The translations under genes and the position numbers were made by a program. Positions 28,356 through 39,972 of a stretch of DNA of 63,560 nt are shown here, piece by piece. Every line of letters begins with the position of its first letter. The stretch's first letter is position 1. This DNA is from Paraspadella gotoi (taxonomy: Eukaryota; Animalia; Chaetognatha): positions 3,041,573-3,105,132 of the forward strand of contig CM119263.1 in assembly GCA_051294375.1 (NCBI GenBank), given 5' to 3'. The notes beneath the pieces were generated by a model. It was not told the DNA's origin, did not search any database, and saw nothing but the letters and a program-made list of their open reading frames with translations.

Positions 28356-28733
28356 TCTGAATCTTTAATAGGACAGTTCGTTGTGAAAATCAAATGTTTG
28401 TCTCTAAATAAAAAAAAAGTATAAATTCTTTCTAATCCATAAAAAACAAACTAATTCATCGTCTCTGTAATCTCGTTCAATGCGAGTTTGTTAAATTCGA
28501 TCTCGTAAAACACGGGAAAATTATGATTTGAACAAAAGACCATCGCTTCTTAAGAAGATCTTCTTAAGAGCAGGAAAAAAAATTACGAATCCCCAGAAAA
28601 CTCTTTACTAAATGAACTCGTTTCAGAGAATTACTCAATTGTACGAGACAAATTCGTACTTCAAACTTCCGTGGCAATCGTGCGATTACAGTTCAGAGAT
28701 TCAACTGAACTGGAAAGTCGATTCCACTATTTT

Positions 28734-28827
<94 letters not shown>

Positions 28828-30429
28828 CAATCCTCGGACTCCGAGTCAATTTCGTTAATCGCGATGGATTTTTCGTCTGACTGATTTCGGCGGATTTTTC
28901 TCTTCGTATTTTTTCCTTTTTTTTTGAGAAAGAGAGAGAGAGAGAGAGATTTGCTTTTTAAAGAAACCCAAAATTTTTTTTCGGTATTTTTATTATTTTA
29001 AATTATTTTAATTTTATTGGTACAACCAATATAAAATTATTTTTTCCCTCGACTATGGCTATATATTAGGCTATATATAATACTATGAAATTGGTACAAC
29101 CAATATATATTATATATTGTATTATATATTATATATGATTATCTGATGTAGTTTTTTAACGTTTTAATGTTCAAGACTCCGTTTTAGCTTTTTTTTTTTT
29201 TTATCTCCGCGGGAAGATTTAAAATAAAATCATCATTCATGAGTTTTTTTTGTCACAATTTTCTTTCCCGAGCGGAAAATGAAAAGATTCAAAAAAATTC
29301 AAAGAGACATTTTAGTTTTTTTTAGAATTTTTTTTCAAGCGAGTTATTTTTTTTGTTTCTTAAAACCATAATTTTTTTTAGTAATTTTTTTTTAAATCGA
29401 AAGAGAAAAATATTTAATTTGCAATTGAAGAGTTTTACAGACAAAGACTATCAGCAAAACTTCCGAATTTAATAATAGAAACTTATACATTTTTGTAACA
29501 GGCGACAGTATTTATTATTCAAGTGTATTATATTTTTTTTATATATGTTTCAATGGAACCAAGGAATTAAATACCGTCCCCGCACCCCAAACGCCGCGTC
29601 TTTTCTCTTCCTATTTTTGCCGAATTCCATTTTCGTCAGGTCGAATTTCTTTTTCCCGCCAAAAAGCCACGCCCCCTTTTTTTCGGTTCCTCGCGCTCAC
29701 TGGAAACTTGATAGTTCACTTTGGCGTGAATCTGGTCTTAGCTTTGTGACAGCTTTGTTTGAGTTTTAAAACTTTAATTTAAGCAATGTCAGCCATTTTG
29801 TATGAGTTAAACCCGAGAAATGGCCGCCATTTTGTTCGAGACTCAACAAGCAGAGTGGCGGACGCAATTTTGTGTCGAAGCAACAAATTGGTCGCCATTT
29901 TCTTTCTTTTTATTTAATTTTAAGAATTCGTTTCGTCGTCTTCTCAGTTTTCCTGAACTTTCTTTTCCCCTGCCAGTTCGTTTAATGCCATTTCCTTTGG
30001 TGCCATTTTCTTTTGTGACATTTTCACGAAGATCCTTTTTTTTTCGCCCAACGGTTGACGTCTGTCATCTCCCAACTGAAAGTCTCGCGCCTCTAGCGGC
30101 GAAAATGAGAAACAAGAAAGGAGAGACGAAGCGGCGTCTCCTTTTCGTCAAACAATCGAGAGGGTGGAAACTCGAATGCAAATTTATTCGATTCGTACAT
30201 CGGGTGGTACGTTGTCGTCATTGGAATCATCGTCGTCGTCGTCGTCGTCGTCATCGGCATTGGAATCATCGTCGTCATCGTCGTCGTCGTCGTCGTCATT
30301 GGAAACATCGACGTCATCATCGTCGTCGTCGTCGTCCTCGTCGTCGTCGTCGTTGTCGTCGTTAAACCCCACTACGCAGGGAATCCTCGTTCCGCCATTT
30401 GTTGTGAATCCCGAATGAACAACAAACGC

Positions 30430-30720
30430 GTCCGTCGATTCCATCTCTACTATAACTTGCATCTTTTCTATCACTTCCATCTCTTCCATCGCTTCCATTT
30501 CTTTTATCACTTCCATCTCTTTTATCACTTCCATCTCTTCTATTGCTTTTGCCACTTCCATTGCTTCCATTTCATCCTATACTTATGTCGCTTTCATCAT
30601 TTCCATGTCAACTCATCTATTAACTCCATCGCTTCCTTTCGCTTCCATCCATTCCATCGCTTCCGCCTCTGCAATCGCTTCCGTCGATTCCTTCGCTTCC
30701 CGTTCTGTCGCTTTCCGTAG
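30430..30720. repeat. Degenerate 9/18-bp minisatellite (cttccatctcttttatca)
   Basis: Seen directly; preceded by (TCG)n at 30210-30362. Confidence 0.8.
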
Positions 30721-31271
30721 TTCCGCGACGCGAAATTCCGTTCTGCTTCACACGAACCATTGAATTCAAGCTCTTACCACTATTACCACTTTTACCACTT
30801 TTACCACTTTTACCACTTTTCCTACTATTACTTTCTCGTCTCTCTTCCTTCCATTCTCCGAATTTCTCCCTTCACCAACTCAAAACTCTTCCCTATCATA
30901 TTTTTCAATCATCTTCATAAAAAACCTGCCCCAAAACCTGACCTTCCTTTGTGAAAGGCTTTAATAAAGAAAAATCAAGTGACCCGAACCCAGATCGACT
31001 CATCACCATGACGACGGTAACCTCCATCTTTCCCCCCCCCCTTTCCTCATCGTCCGACCTCAAAACTGGGTTTTTATGTCCGAATTGGTAAAAAGGCAAC
31101 CGCGCCCTTTCTGCCCGCCCGAGTCTTACACCGTTAAATGTTTTCTTCGCCTCCAAACGAGGGTGCGCACTGCGCAGAGCTTTTCCCTCGAACGGGGGAA
31201 AACCTCGTTAAATCATTTCCTGGAGCCTCTATTGTCATACCCATCTTTAAAACGCGTTTGAGCATCCAAAT

Positions 31272-31475
31272 GCGGCTCTCTTTTCCAAAAGAGCCCCATT
31301 TCTGTTCTTTAATCCTCGAATTTAATTATAACCTTTATATTTAACTTTAATATATTATAAAATATTTAATCTAATCCTTAACTCTAATCCTAATCCCTAA
31401 CTAAATATTTAAGAATAACCCTAAAACCTAATCCTTATTTATTTCGAATTGGGTCGCTTTGAGAAAATAAGACGC
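31272..31475. mobile_element. Small MITE-like foldback element with a degenerate (CCCTAA)-like core
   Basis: Imperfect TIRs of about 30 bp: gcggctctcttttccaaaagagccccatttc and gaattgggtcgctttgagaaaataagacgc, around taatcctaatccctaac...taaccctaaaaccctaa. Confidence 0.45.
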
Positions 31476-32747
31476 TAAAGGACTACGTCCATACGGAATC
31501 GAACATCTTTAGTTCTTTACGGCATCGTTGCTACTCAGCATATGTATATATATGTGGCGAACGGATACTAATGGCCACGTTCGTTTCGTTCCATATCCAC
31601 ACGTACCTGAACATCTAACTCAATTATGCCATCCAATCTCCGAGGAACTGGCGTATCTCATCCCATCTCAATGCAGCATTACAGCATTTCCTAATCTCCT
31701 TCTTCGGGCGCACCGAAGCGTTTCCTAACTCCGCCGAAGTCTTTTTGCTATTCATGAATTCTTCTCAGGTTTTCGCTCCAATTTTCAGCCCCGCGGTCCG
31801 ACGACGACGATGACGACGACGACGACGAAGACGACAACGAGAAAAAAGTTTTTTTTTTTTATTTCCCCGAGAATCGTTTCACGGAGACAAATCACGTAAC
31901 GAGAGGTGGAAATCACGTGACAGAACGCGACGAACCCGCATGCAACAAACCTCTTCGACCAATATGATATTAAATCACAGCAGGAAATTTAAAGTAGTGA
32001 ACGTTATTAAGTAAAGAGATATTGAGTTATCTCAGAACTAGAATTGTTTCAAATCCGTATCACGTGAAATATTTAGTCACGTGACTTTAAATTTCACCGA
32101 TCTAAAAAAAGTTCGCTGTGGGAATTTGAATGGTGACTCTCACGCGTGAATTGAATTTGTCACTGAGTAAAAATTTTTTTCCCTTCGAATTGGATCGAAG
32201 GAAAAGAGATAGATTTTCAGGCGATATTTCAACAGTCGATTATTTATCAATTTTAAAGAATCAATAAGGGTAAGAATAAAAAAATCTGGCCATGATAACC
32301 AAAGTAAATCCACGCCGCGTTTCCGGCGTTCGGCCACGCCCATTCGACGCCCATCTCGACCAGAATAGATTTGAGAAATTGTCCGGGTTCGATGGCGGTC
32401 GTACGACGCAGCCTTGGAATTGGAGGCCCTTGGCCTTTGGCCACAAAAAATGGACGCAAACTTGGGCCAAATTGAATCCAAATTCATTTCTTTTTTGAGC
32501 CGAAAATCTATACATTCTTTCTAGGAAAAGAAAATCAAAAATCTCTCCTTTCTCATTTGAATTAATTCTTCCCAGGTATCTGACATTTTCAAAATTTGTC
32601 CTTGCCGTTCACCGGCCGAAGGGACTCCCATGCCATACCCTATACTCGTGCTATTCACCTGCTCATGTGAACATTCTACCTCAGCGAGAGTTACTTAAAA
32701 TTCTGACTTGATCATTCTGTCTATTCATGATGTCCCGTGAAGCGTCC

Positions 32748-32799
<52 letters not shown>

Positions 32800-33335
32800 A
32801 TTTTTCATCGCTATCAACTTTTTTTTTCGTTCGTAAAATGCAGCTTCAGAATAGAATACTTTTTCGTTTGAATGTCTATTTCCTTTTTCCTCATCGATTT
32901 CTCTATTGGTTTATTGATCAGAAGTAGTATTCAATAGATAGAAACTGTTTCTCTACAAGTGAAGAAATTATTTTAGTATTTGCGTTTAAAAATTAAAAAG
33001 TAGATTTTTTTTATTTTCAAACAACGAATTTTATAATTATGAAGCATCAGGGCTGATGAAGACCAGAAAAAGAGTCAAAACATGTCAACTCGTGTCTATT
33101 ATTGTCAAATTTAAATAGCGTTTTAATCTGTTTGATGGAATTATACACGGACTTGCTTAAACCCTGTGAAGAGACAGTAATTATTGATAAGTGTTAATGA
33201 CCAAAACCGTTCAATATAAGCAGTCCCTGAGCTTCGGATCAGGCTGTAACACCATGTTACAGGGCGGGTTAAGCGCCCCGTCCCTCTTAACTGCCAGACG
33301 ACCACCGGGCTAGAACCCCGACCTTGGGTTGGGAG

Positions 33336-35645
33336 CAGAGATGCAGACGCGATCCGGGAAGGCGGAGTGGAAACGCGCAGAGGCGCATGTTTTTTGAGGT
33401 GGCGAACTTGGACAAGAGTCAAAAATTGGGAGAAGGGAGGCGAATGCGGAGGCGCAAAAAACGTTGCGCGTTCGCCTCTTGTGCTTTTGTTTTATAGGCG
33501 AAAATCAAAAGGTTTTTGCCAAATTAAAACCTTTCTTGTTCCAAAAATTGTTTTTTTTTTTTCAAATTTAGATATTGCTAAATTCTGAAGCGTTTATCAG
33601 CTGCCATTGGTTTTTTATTAACATATTTTTTATTCAAAAAAAAAATTTGGTTCTGTTTATATCTATTTTATCTAATAAGTTGTACATAAGCATATATTTT
33701 ATATCTTTTTCTTTTAAGCATTCATTCACTCAATTTATTCTTTTTTTATTTTAAATAAAAATAATTAATTGTTTATTTATCCTATGAATATTTAATTAAA
33801 TTTGTTAATTTATTCCTATGAATATTTAATTAAATTTTAATTTATTCCTATGAATATTAATTAAATCATTATTCATAATTCTATTCTATTATATATTACT
33901 TTATTGATTTTATTAATCAAATAATTTTTTTATCTAGCATCATTTTTTTAAACTTGGATCTTTTTTGATTTGCATTATTATTTTAACTGCATCATTTTTT
34001 CAACTGGCATAATTTTTTTAACATGGATTATTTTTTATTTATATTATTTTACAACTTGAATCATATTTTTAATTTGCATTATTTTTTTAACCTATATAAT
34101 TTTTTGAATTGCATTATTTTTTTACATTTGCATTTATTTTTTTAAACTAGCTTCATTTTTAAACTTGTATATTTTTTTGATTTGCATTAATTTTTTAACT
34201 TGCATCATTTTTTAATTCATTTCATTGTTTTTAATTTGCATTATTTTTGAAACTTGCATCATTTTTTTTAACTTCCATTATTTTTTTGATTTATAATATT
34301 TTTTGATTTACATTATTTTTTGATTTGCATTATTTTTTAACTTAATCATTTTTGCACCTTATATCATTTTATTTTAAATCATTTTTATCTCTGCATCATT
34401 TTTTGAATGCATAATTTTTTGAATGCATAATTTTTTAACCTATATCATTTTTCAACTTGCATCATTTTTTTTTCAAATTGCAGCATTTTTTTAAACTTGC
34501 CTTATTTTCTTAACTTATATTATTTTTAACTTGTATTATTTTTTTGTAATTTTTTTAAATTTATATTACCTTTTAACTTATATGGTTTTAATTTTTATAT
34601 TAAAATTTAAATTATCAATTTATTTATAAAAAACAATTCATAAAATTGGTACAAACAATATAACAATTATCCATTTGTTGTTAGTTTGTGAAAATAATTA
34701 ATTTATTAATTAATTAATATATAGAAACTAATTAATTATTGTTTTAACTAATTAATTAATTATTATTCGCTAATTGATCGTCATCAGAATCCATTTTTTT
34801 CTAATGCCAAATAGTAAAAATATATAAAATTATGGTAATATTATAATTTTTTAATAAATTATACAATTCGATTTTTACTGATTTGGAATACTACTAACAT
34901 TTTTGGATTTTTAATTGAGATTTTTTTAAACAATTAGTAAAATAATATTTTTCTTTTTTAATTTAATTAATCATATTAAATTAATAAAATGTTTGATTGG
35001 AAAGTAAAAAAAAGAAATAGAAAAAAATAAAGTAAAATAAAAAATAAAGGAATACAGAGAAAGTAAGAGAGAGAGAAAGAGGAAAAAAGTGAGTGAAGAG
35101 AATAAGAGTAAATAAAAAAAATAAAATAGTCATATAGAAATAAATTTTATCCTTATTCTCAATAATATCCTTTTCCTAAGTATTTTTTAGAAGCTTTATC
35201 TCTTTCTCTCCCCATTTCTTTTTTTTCTTTTTCTTTCTATCTCTTTCTTTCTCTTTCTCCCTCTCTCTCCCTCTCTCTCCCTCTCTCTTTTTTAAAATGT
35301 CTTGCAAAAATTGTTTAAAATATATATTTTGTTAAAAAGATTGGAAAAAAGTTAAAACATATACATTTAAAAATAAAAAAAAATTTATTTATTTATTTAT
35401 TTATTAATTTTAAACATAACAAATTGAAAGTTTTTTCATGATCCATTGATCTGAATTAAAAAAACATATTATCAAATACAAAACTATAAATAAATTTTTA
35501 AACAAAAAGCCGGAGGCGTTCAAGAGGCGAACGCGGAGGCGATCCGGGCTAAAAAAATGAGAGGCGAACGCAAAACCGGAGGCGAGGGGGGTCTCGGGAG
35601 GCAGGGAGTGGAGGCGGGCGAAATTCACCGCCTCCAGCATCCCTG
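33336..35645. mobile_element. Non-autonomous hAT-superfamily DNA transposon, 2310 bp
   Basis: TIRs CAGAGATGC / GCATCCCTG. Perfect 8-bp TSD GTTGGGAG at 33328-33335 and 35646-35653. Subterminal GGAGGCG/GAGGCGAA repeats at both ends. AT-rich interior with no transposase ORF. Confidence 0.85.
33925..34590. repeat. Degenerate AT-rich tandem repeat of about 20 bp (ttttttaacttgcatcatt) inside the hAT element
   Basis: Seen directly. Confidence 0.75.
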
Positions 35646-36035
35646 GTTGGGAGGCGAATGACTTGCCTCCGGCACCAATGGCCGCTGATGAACTGTTGGT
35701 GGATTTTAGTCCACCATACCTGCTTCTATTTCTTGAGAAAAAAAACCCTAAACAAGGTAAACGTTAACTCCATTTGAATCCTACAGCAATTTGAATTTTG
35801 TTATTCTCTTGACAAACCTTTCTTTAAATTTTCGCTTATTAAATTAAATTAAAGGGAAGACGCAAATATATCCGAGAAAAAATGTATATAATTGTCCTCG
35901 CATCAAAAATTTACCATTTGACAAAAAAAAATAAATAGATAATGATGCCTTGAGCTTTTAAATCAACTCTTATCAGAACTTCCCCGTCTGTCGCTTTGCC
36001 GCCCCCCACATGATGCACCCAACGAAGCTAATCAT

Positions 36036-36103
<68 letters not shown>

Positions 36104-36950
36104 AAAGGAATTCATAAATATTCTCTCTCGTAAATAGAAAAGGAACTTAATCCTGCCGTCCATAAGCCGCCCATTAAAATTCGCCACGCGTTCATTAAAA
36201 CCCCATTTTTTTCATCTATCTCTCCATTTTTTTCTTGCCGTTTCCGCTAGCATTAAAACGTCATTTTTCAGATGCGAATAAAAGTCGCAGTATTTTTTTT
36301 CCAAACTTTTTCGAAAATGAAAAAAAAAGGAAAAGGTGAAATCCAGCCGATGGTGTTTTGTCGCATTTATGATTTTATTAATCAATTGTTTTATACAAGC
36401 TGTGAAATAACTTTTATTTCATGTTCGCGATATCTAGCGTTCGAGGCGTCGTCCGTCCCTTGCAAGTTTAACGTAGGCTTTTTATGAATCTTTATTGAAT
36501 CTTGAGGAAATTATATGAATGTAAAGTGGCGATGAAGGTTTAGAAACTTATACTAACTTATACTAATATTATTAATTTTAAGAAAAAATCATAAAATTAA
36601 TATCATTTTTTTTCGGCGACGTAACTACATGATTCATAACAAAAACAATAAGCGTTTCTCGGTACATCACTTCATTATTGAATCACTACATAACATCACA
36701 TCACTCATTTTTATATGATTTAAGCGAATCTAAACACAAGTAGGACAAACAGACAGACAGACAAAAAAGGGGCCTACAGAGTTTCTCCTCAAACACTCTT
36801 GCCACAAATAAAAAGGATTCGCAAAGACAGAGTAAGTTTAACTTGGTCGTAGGTGGGTGAGCGATTATGCAGATTAAGAGGCAGAAATAGCGGAGAGGAA
36901 TTCTCGCTGGAAATCGGCAACGTTGTTTTTGTAAACAAACAAACTGAAGT

Positions 36951-37072
36951 GCGTTAGACGTTGACTTAGCGCCAACAGAGGGCGACGTTCGTGGCGTTAA
37001 GCGCTGACTTGGCGCCAACAGAGGGCGACGTTCGTGGCGTTAAGCGCTGACTTGGCGCCAACAGAGGGCGAC
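36951..37072 (+). repeat. 43-bp tandem repeat, about 2.6 copies, each with a CTCF-like site
   Basis: Unit TGACTTGGCGCCAACAGAGGGCGACGTTCGTGGCGTTAAGCGC starts at 36962, 37005 and 37048. Confidence 0.85.
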
Positions 37073-39572
37073 CTTCGACTGACGATGCACCTGACGCTGC
37101 ACCTAACAATGCACCTGGCGTAATGCGACATCTCGTGGTCGCGAGGTCACGATTCGATTGTCCTAAAATCAGGTGAACACGAATGGGAACGAGTTTGACC
37201 TTTTATCGTCGTGACCTGTGACCTGTGACCTGTGACCCGTGATCACCAAATATCGTCGCAGCCTTGAAAATAGACCGTCTTTTGTTTTTTTGTTTTTTTT
37301 TTGGGGGGGGGGGTTTGTCTCTGGTTACTCATTTTTTTATAAGAAGTTGATTGTTTTTTTGTTTCAACCGTCATAGGCCTTCGTCAAAAATTGCTCCTTT
37401 TGCCGGTCAACTCTATTTCTCATGATCTTTGTGGCGAAAAAAAAAAATTTGTTCGTTGACTCTGAGTGCGCATTAAAAATTCTCTTTATTGAATTGGTAA
37501 TATAATATAATATATAATATAATATAATATAATATATAATATAATATAATATAATCTTTGCCAGAATCTGAAACCATCTAATATTTTCTCGTTAAATTTT
37601 TTTCTTTTTTATTTGTTCCGACAGAAAAAAAAACTAAACAAAACAAAACAAAAATTTTTTTCGACTGAAAAAAAAAATGTAATACAGAAAGCAAAACATG
37701 ACCGACAACGATAACAACAAGTTAAACAACAACAATAACAACAGCATAGGCCATAAAAGTCTCCAATCTTACTTTCCGGTTGAGAAAGAGAAACGAGAAT
37801 TTTCAGGGAGGAAACTGACTTTTATTTCTTTGCCTTCTCTCACCCTTTCTTTGCCTTACCTCAAGACCAAAGCCCTCTCGCCAAAGACCTCTCACCATTT
37901 CACAGACGAAGCAACAATAAAGCGGACTTTCTTTTAGTTCGTGAAGCATAATAAAACATTAAGGTTTTTGAAAATTTTATTCAAGCTTTTAAAAATTATC
38001 ATAATTCTTATCATATAATAATTTTCATAGTTTTTGCGAATTTTTAGACATTTTTAAATTCTATAATTATATTTTTATGTAACTTTCAAAGCTAGATTAG
38101 AATCTATGATTTTAAATTTTAGGTTTAGGTTTACTTCAACATTATTCACATTATAAAATTCCGAGTTTCTTAGCCTGTGTATTTTCGCCATGCACTGCAT
38201 CGGAATCTTGTCTTTTATTTTTTTAATTATTGGGATTTACTAAAGTTGGCGCAAGCAGTCACTTACATTGGAGGTTTTTTTCAAATGAGCAACCAACTAT
38301 AGGCGAGTTATGAGCATTTTTAATGTAAGTGGGACCGACCGATGGAGAGACATACCGACCGACCGACTGACAGACCGACCGAAAGATTTTTTTTAAAAAC
38401 AAATTCTTTGAAAAAAATTCATGTACAACTGTATTTAAGGCAAATAAGTAAAGCTATGTATTCATCCTGATGCATTTTTCAAGACCTTTCAGATGAACCC
38501 ATTTTAAGATGATTCATTCAAGAGATAATCAACTTACAAGTAATATTTTTATATTTCTTTATGATTTATTTCTTTTTTAATCATTTATTCTTATAATTGT
38601 ACAAAATTATTAAATATAATTTATTAGCATTAAGTCAACTCTACTCCTGCTTGTTAAAAGTAAATTAAATAGTTAAAGGCGTTTTTGTAATTAAACTAAA
38701 TAAGGACAAATGAGAAATAACTGCACTAAAGGATTTCAGGGATAAACAAGAAGTTAAACCTTTTACAAATACTGTTAAAAAAAGGTAGCGACCCGGTCTC
38801 CTTCGTCCTTTTCGACTCCACCCTCCGCTCATCGCTTCAAAAGTGAAAAGGCGGTCATTGAACTCTGGCAATAAACCACCGCGTGCAATAAGACTGGCTT
38901 TTTCACACCAGAATTATTCAATATTCGGACATTCGCAACATTGATACTGCTCCATTGAATCTTAAAATAAATGCCTAAATTTGTAGAGTTTGGTTTCGAA
39001 CCCGTTAACTTCTGGCTTACTTCTTCGTTGGTCACGTCTTTCGGCCATAAAATCAGAGGAGATTTTTTATCCTCCAAAATATAAAGAAATAAAACGGGTC
39101 GAGGAAACCCAATCGTAAAAGAAACAACAGAAATAAAAGAAAAATTCTTTTTTTAAAGATTTCGTTGTTTTTATCCATAATTTTAAAAGGTTTAAAGTTT
39201 ATAAAGTCGACGCTCTCGACTTTGGGCTTTCGGTTTCAAAATGGCGTCGAAATTCTGACGTAAATAGCGATGCCCTTATTTTTTTTATCTCGCGTTGTTC
39301 ATTTGTTCGTATTGTTCTCTGGATAAAAGGGTGACGAGGAAAAAGAGAGATGTCGTCTTTTGTTTCCTCTGCGTTTTATTTTTCTTTTAAGTCGTTGTTT
39401 TCGTCGTCGTTTTCGTCGTCGTTTTCCTCGTCGTTTTCGTCGTCGTTTTCGTCGCTGTCATTGTCGCCTTCATCGTCGTCGTCTTCACCACGAAAACCTC
39501 TAACAAGCTTCTACAGGATGCGACGAAAGGGGAAGAGCTAATCAATTCGGTCTCTCTCTCTCTCTCTCTTCT

Positions 39573-39624
<52 letters not shown>

Positions 39625-39729
39625 CTCTCCCCCCCGCTCTCTCATTCTCTCTCTCTCTCTCTCTCTCTCTTACTCTCTCTTTACCGATTTTCTCTTCTAT
39701 ATCGACTTTTAGTTCAGTGGAATAAAAAA

Positions 39730-39940
39730 AACTGAAAATTGAATTTTGCGACCAACTCACTCAATTTAGAGTCGCGACTCTCTCTCTCGCTTTTTTGATT
39801 GATGCGCGTCGAAATGAATGATGGACGAAGGACGACAACGACGAAGACGACGACGACGACGAGGACGACGACGACGACCGTTTCAACGTCAAAACCGAAA
39901 CTTAATCGAAAAGTCGCTTTTCAGTTTCACTCTCTCTCTC

Positions 39941-39972
<32 letters not shown>

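Larger units (their letters stand above)
33140..35685 (-). mobile_element. tRNA-derived SINE (about 33140-33335 plus 35646-35685) split by the hAT insertion
   Basis: Empty-site minus strand: GCGGCCATTGGTGCCGGAGGCAAGTCATTCGCCTCCCAACCCAAGGTCGGGGTTCTAGCCCGGTGGTCGT. It has A-box-like and B-box-like motifs and a 7-bp acceptor stem GCGGCCA/TGGTCGT. The 3' end is approximate. Confidence 0.55.

Noticed and set aside
30184-30570. ORF MEAMEVAKAIEEMEVIKE...poly-D
   Set aside because: Translation of an 18-bp minisatellite plus (TCG)n.
35646-35685. Functional tRNA-Gly gene
   Set aside because: Interrupted by a 2.3-kb insertion, with degenerate anticodon stem and B box; better explained as a SINE head.
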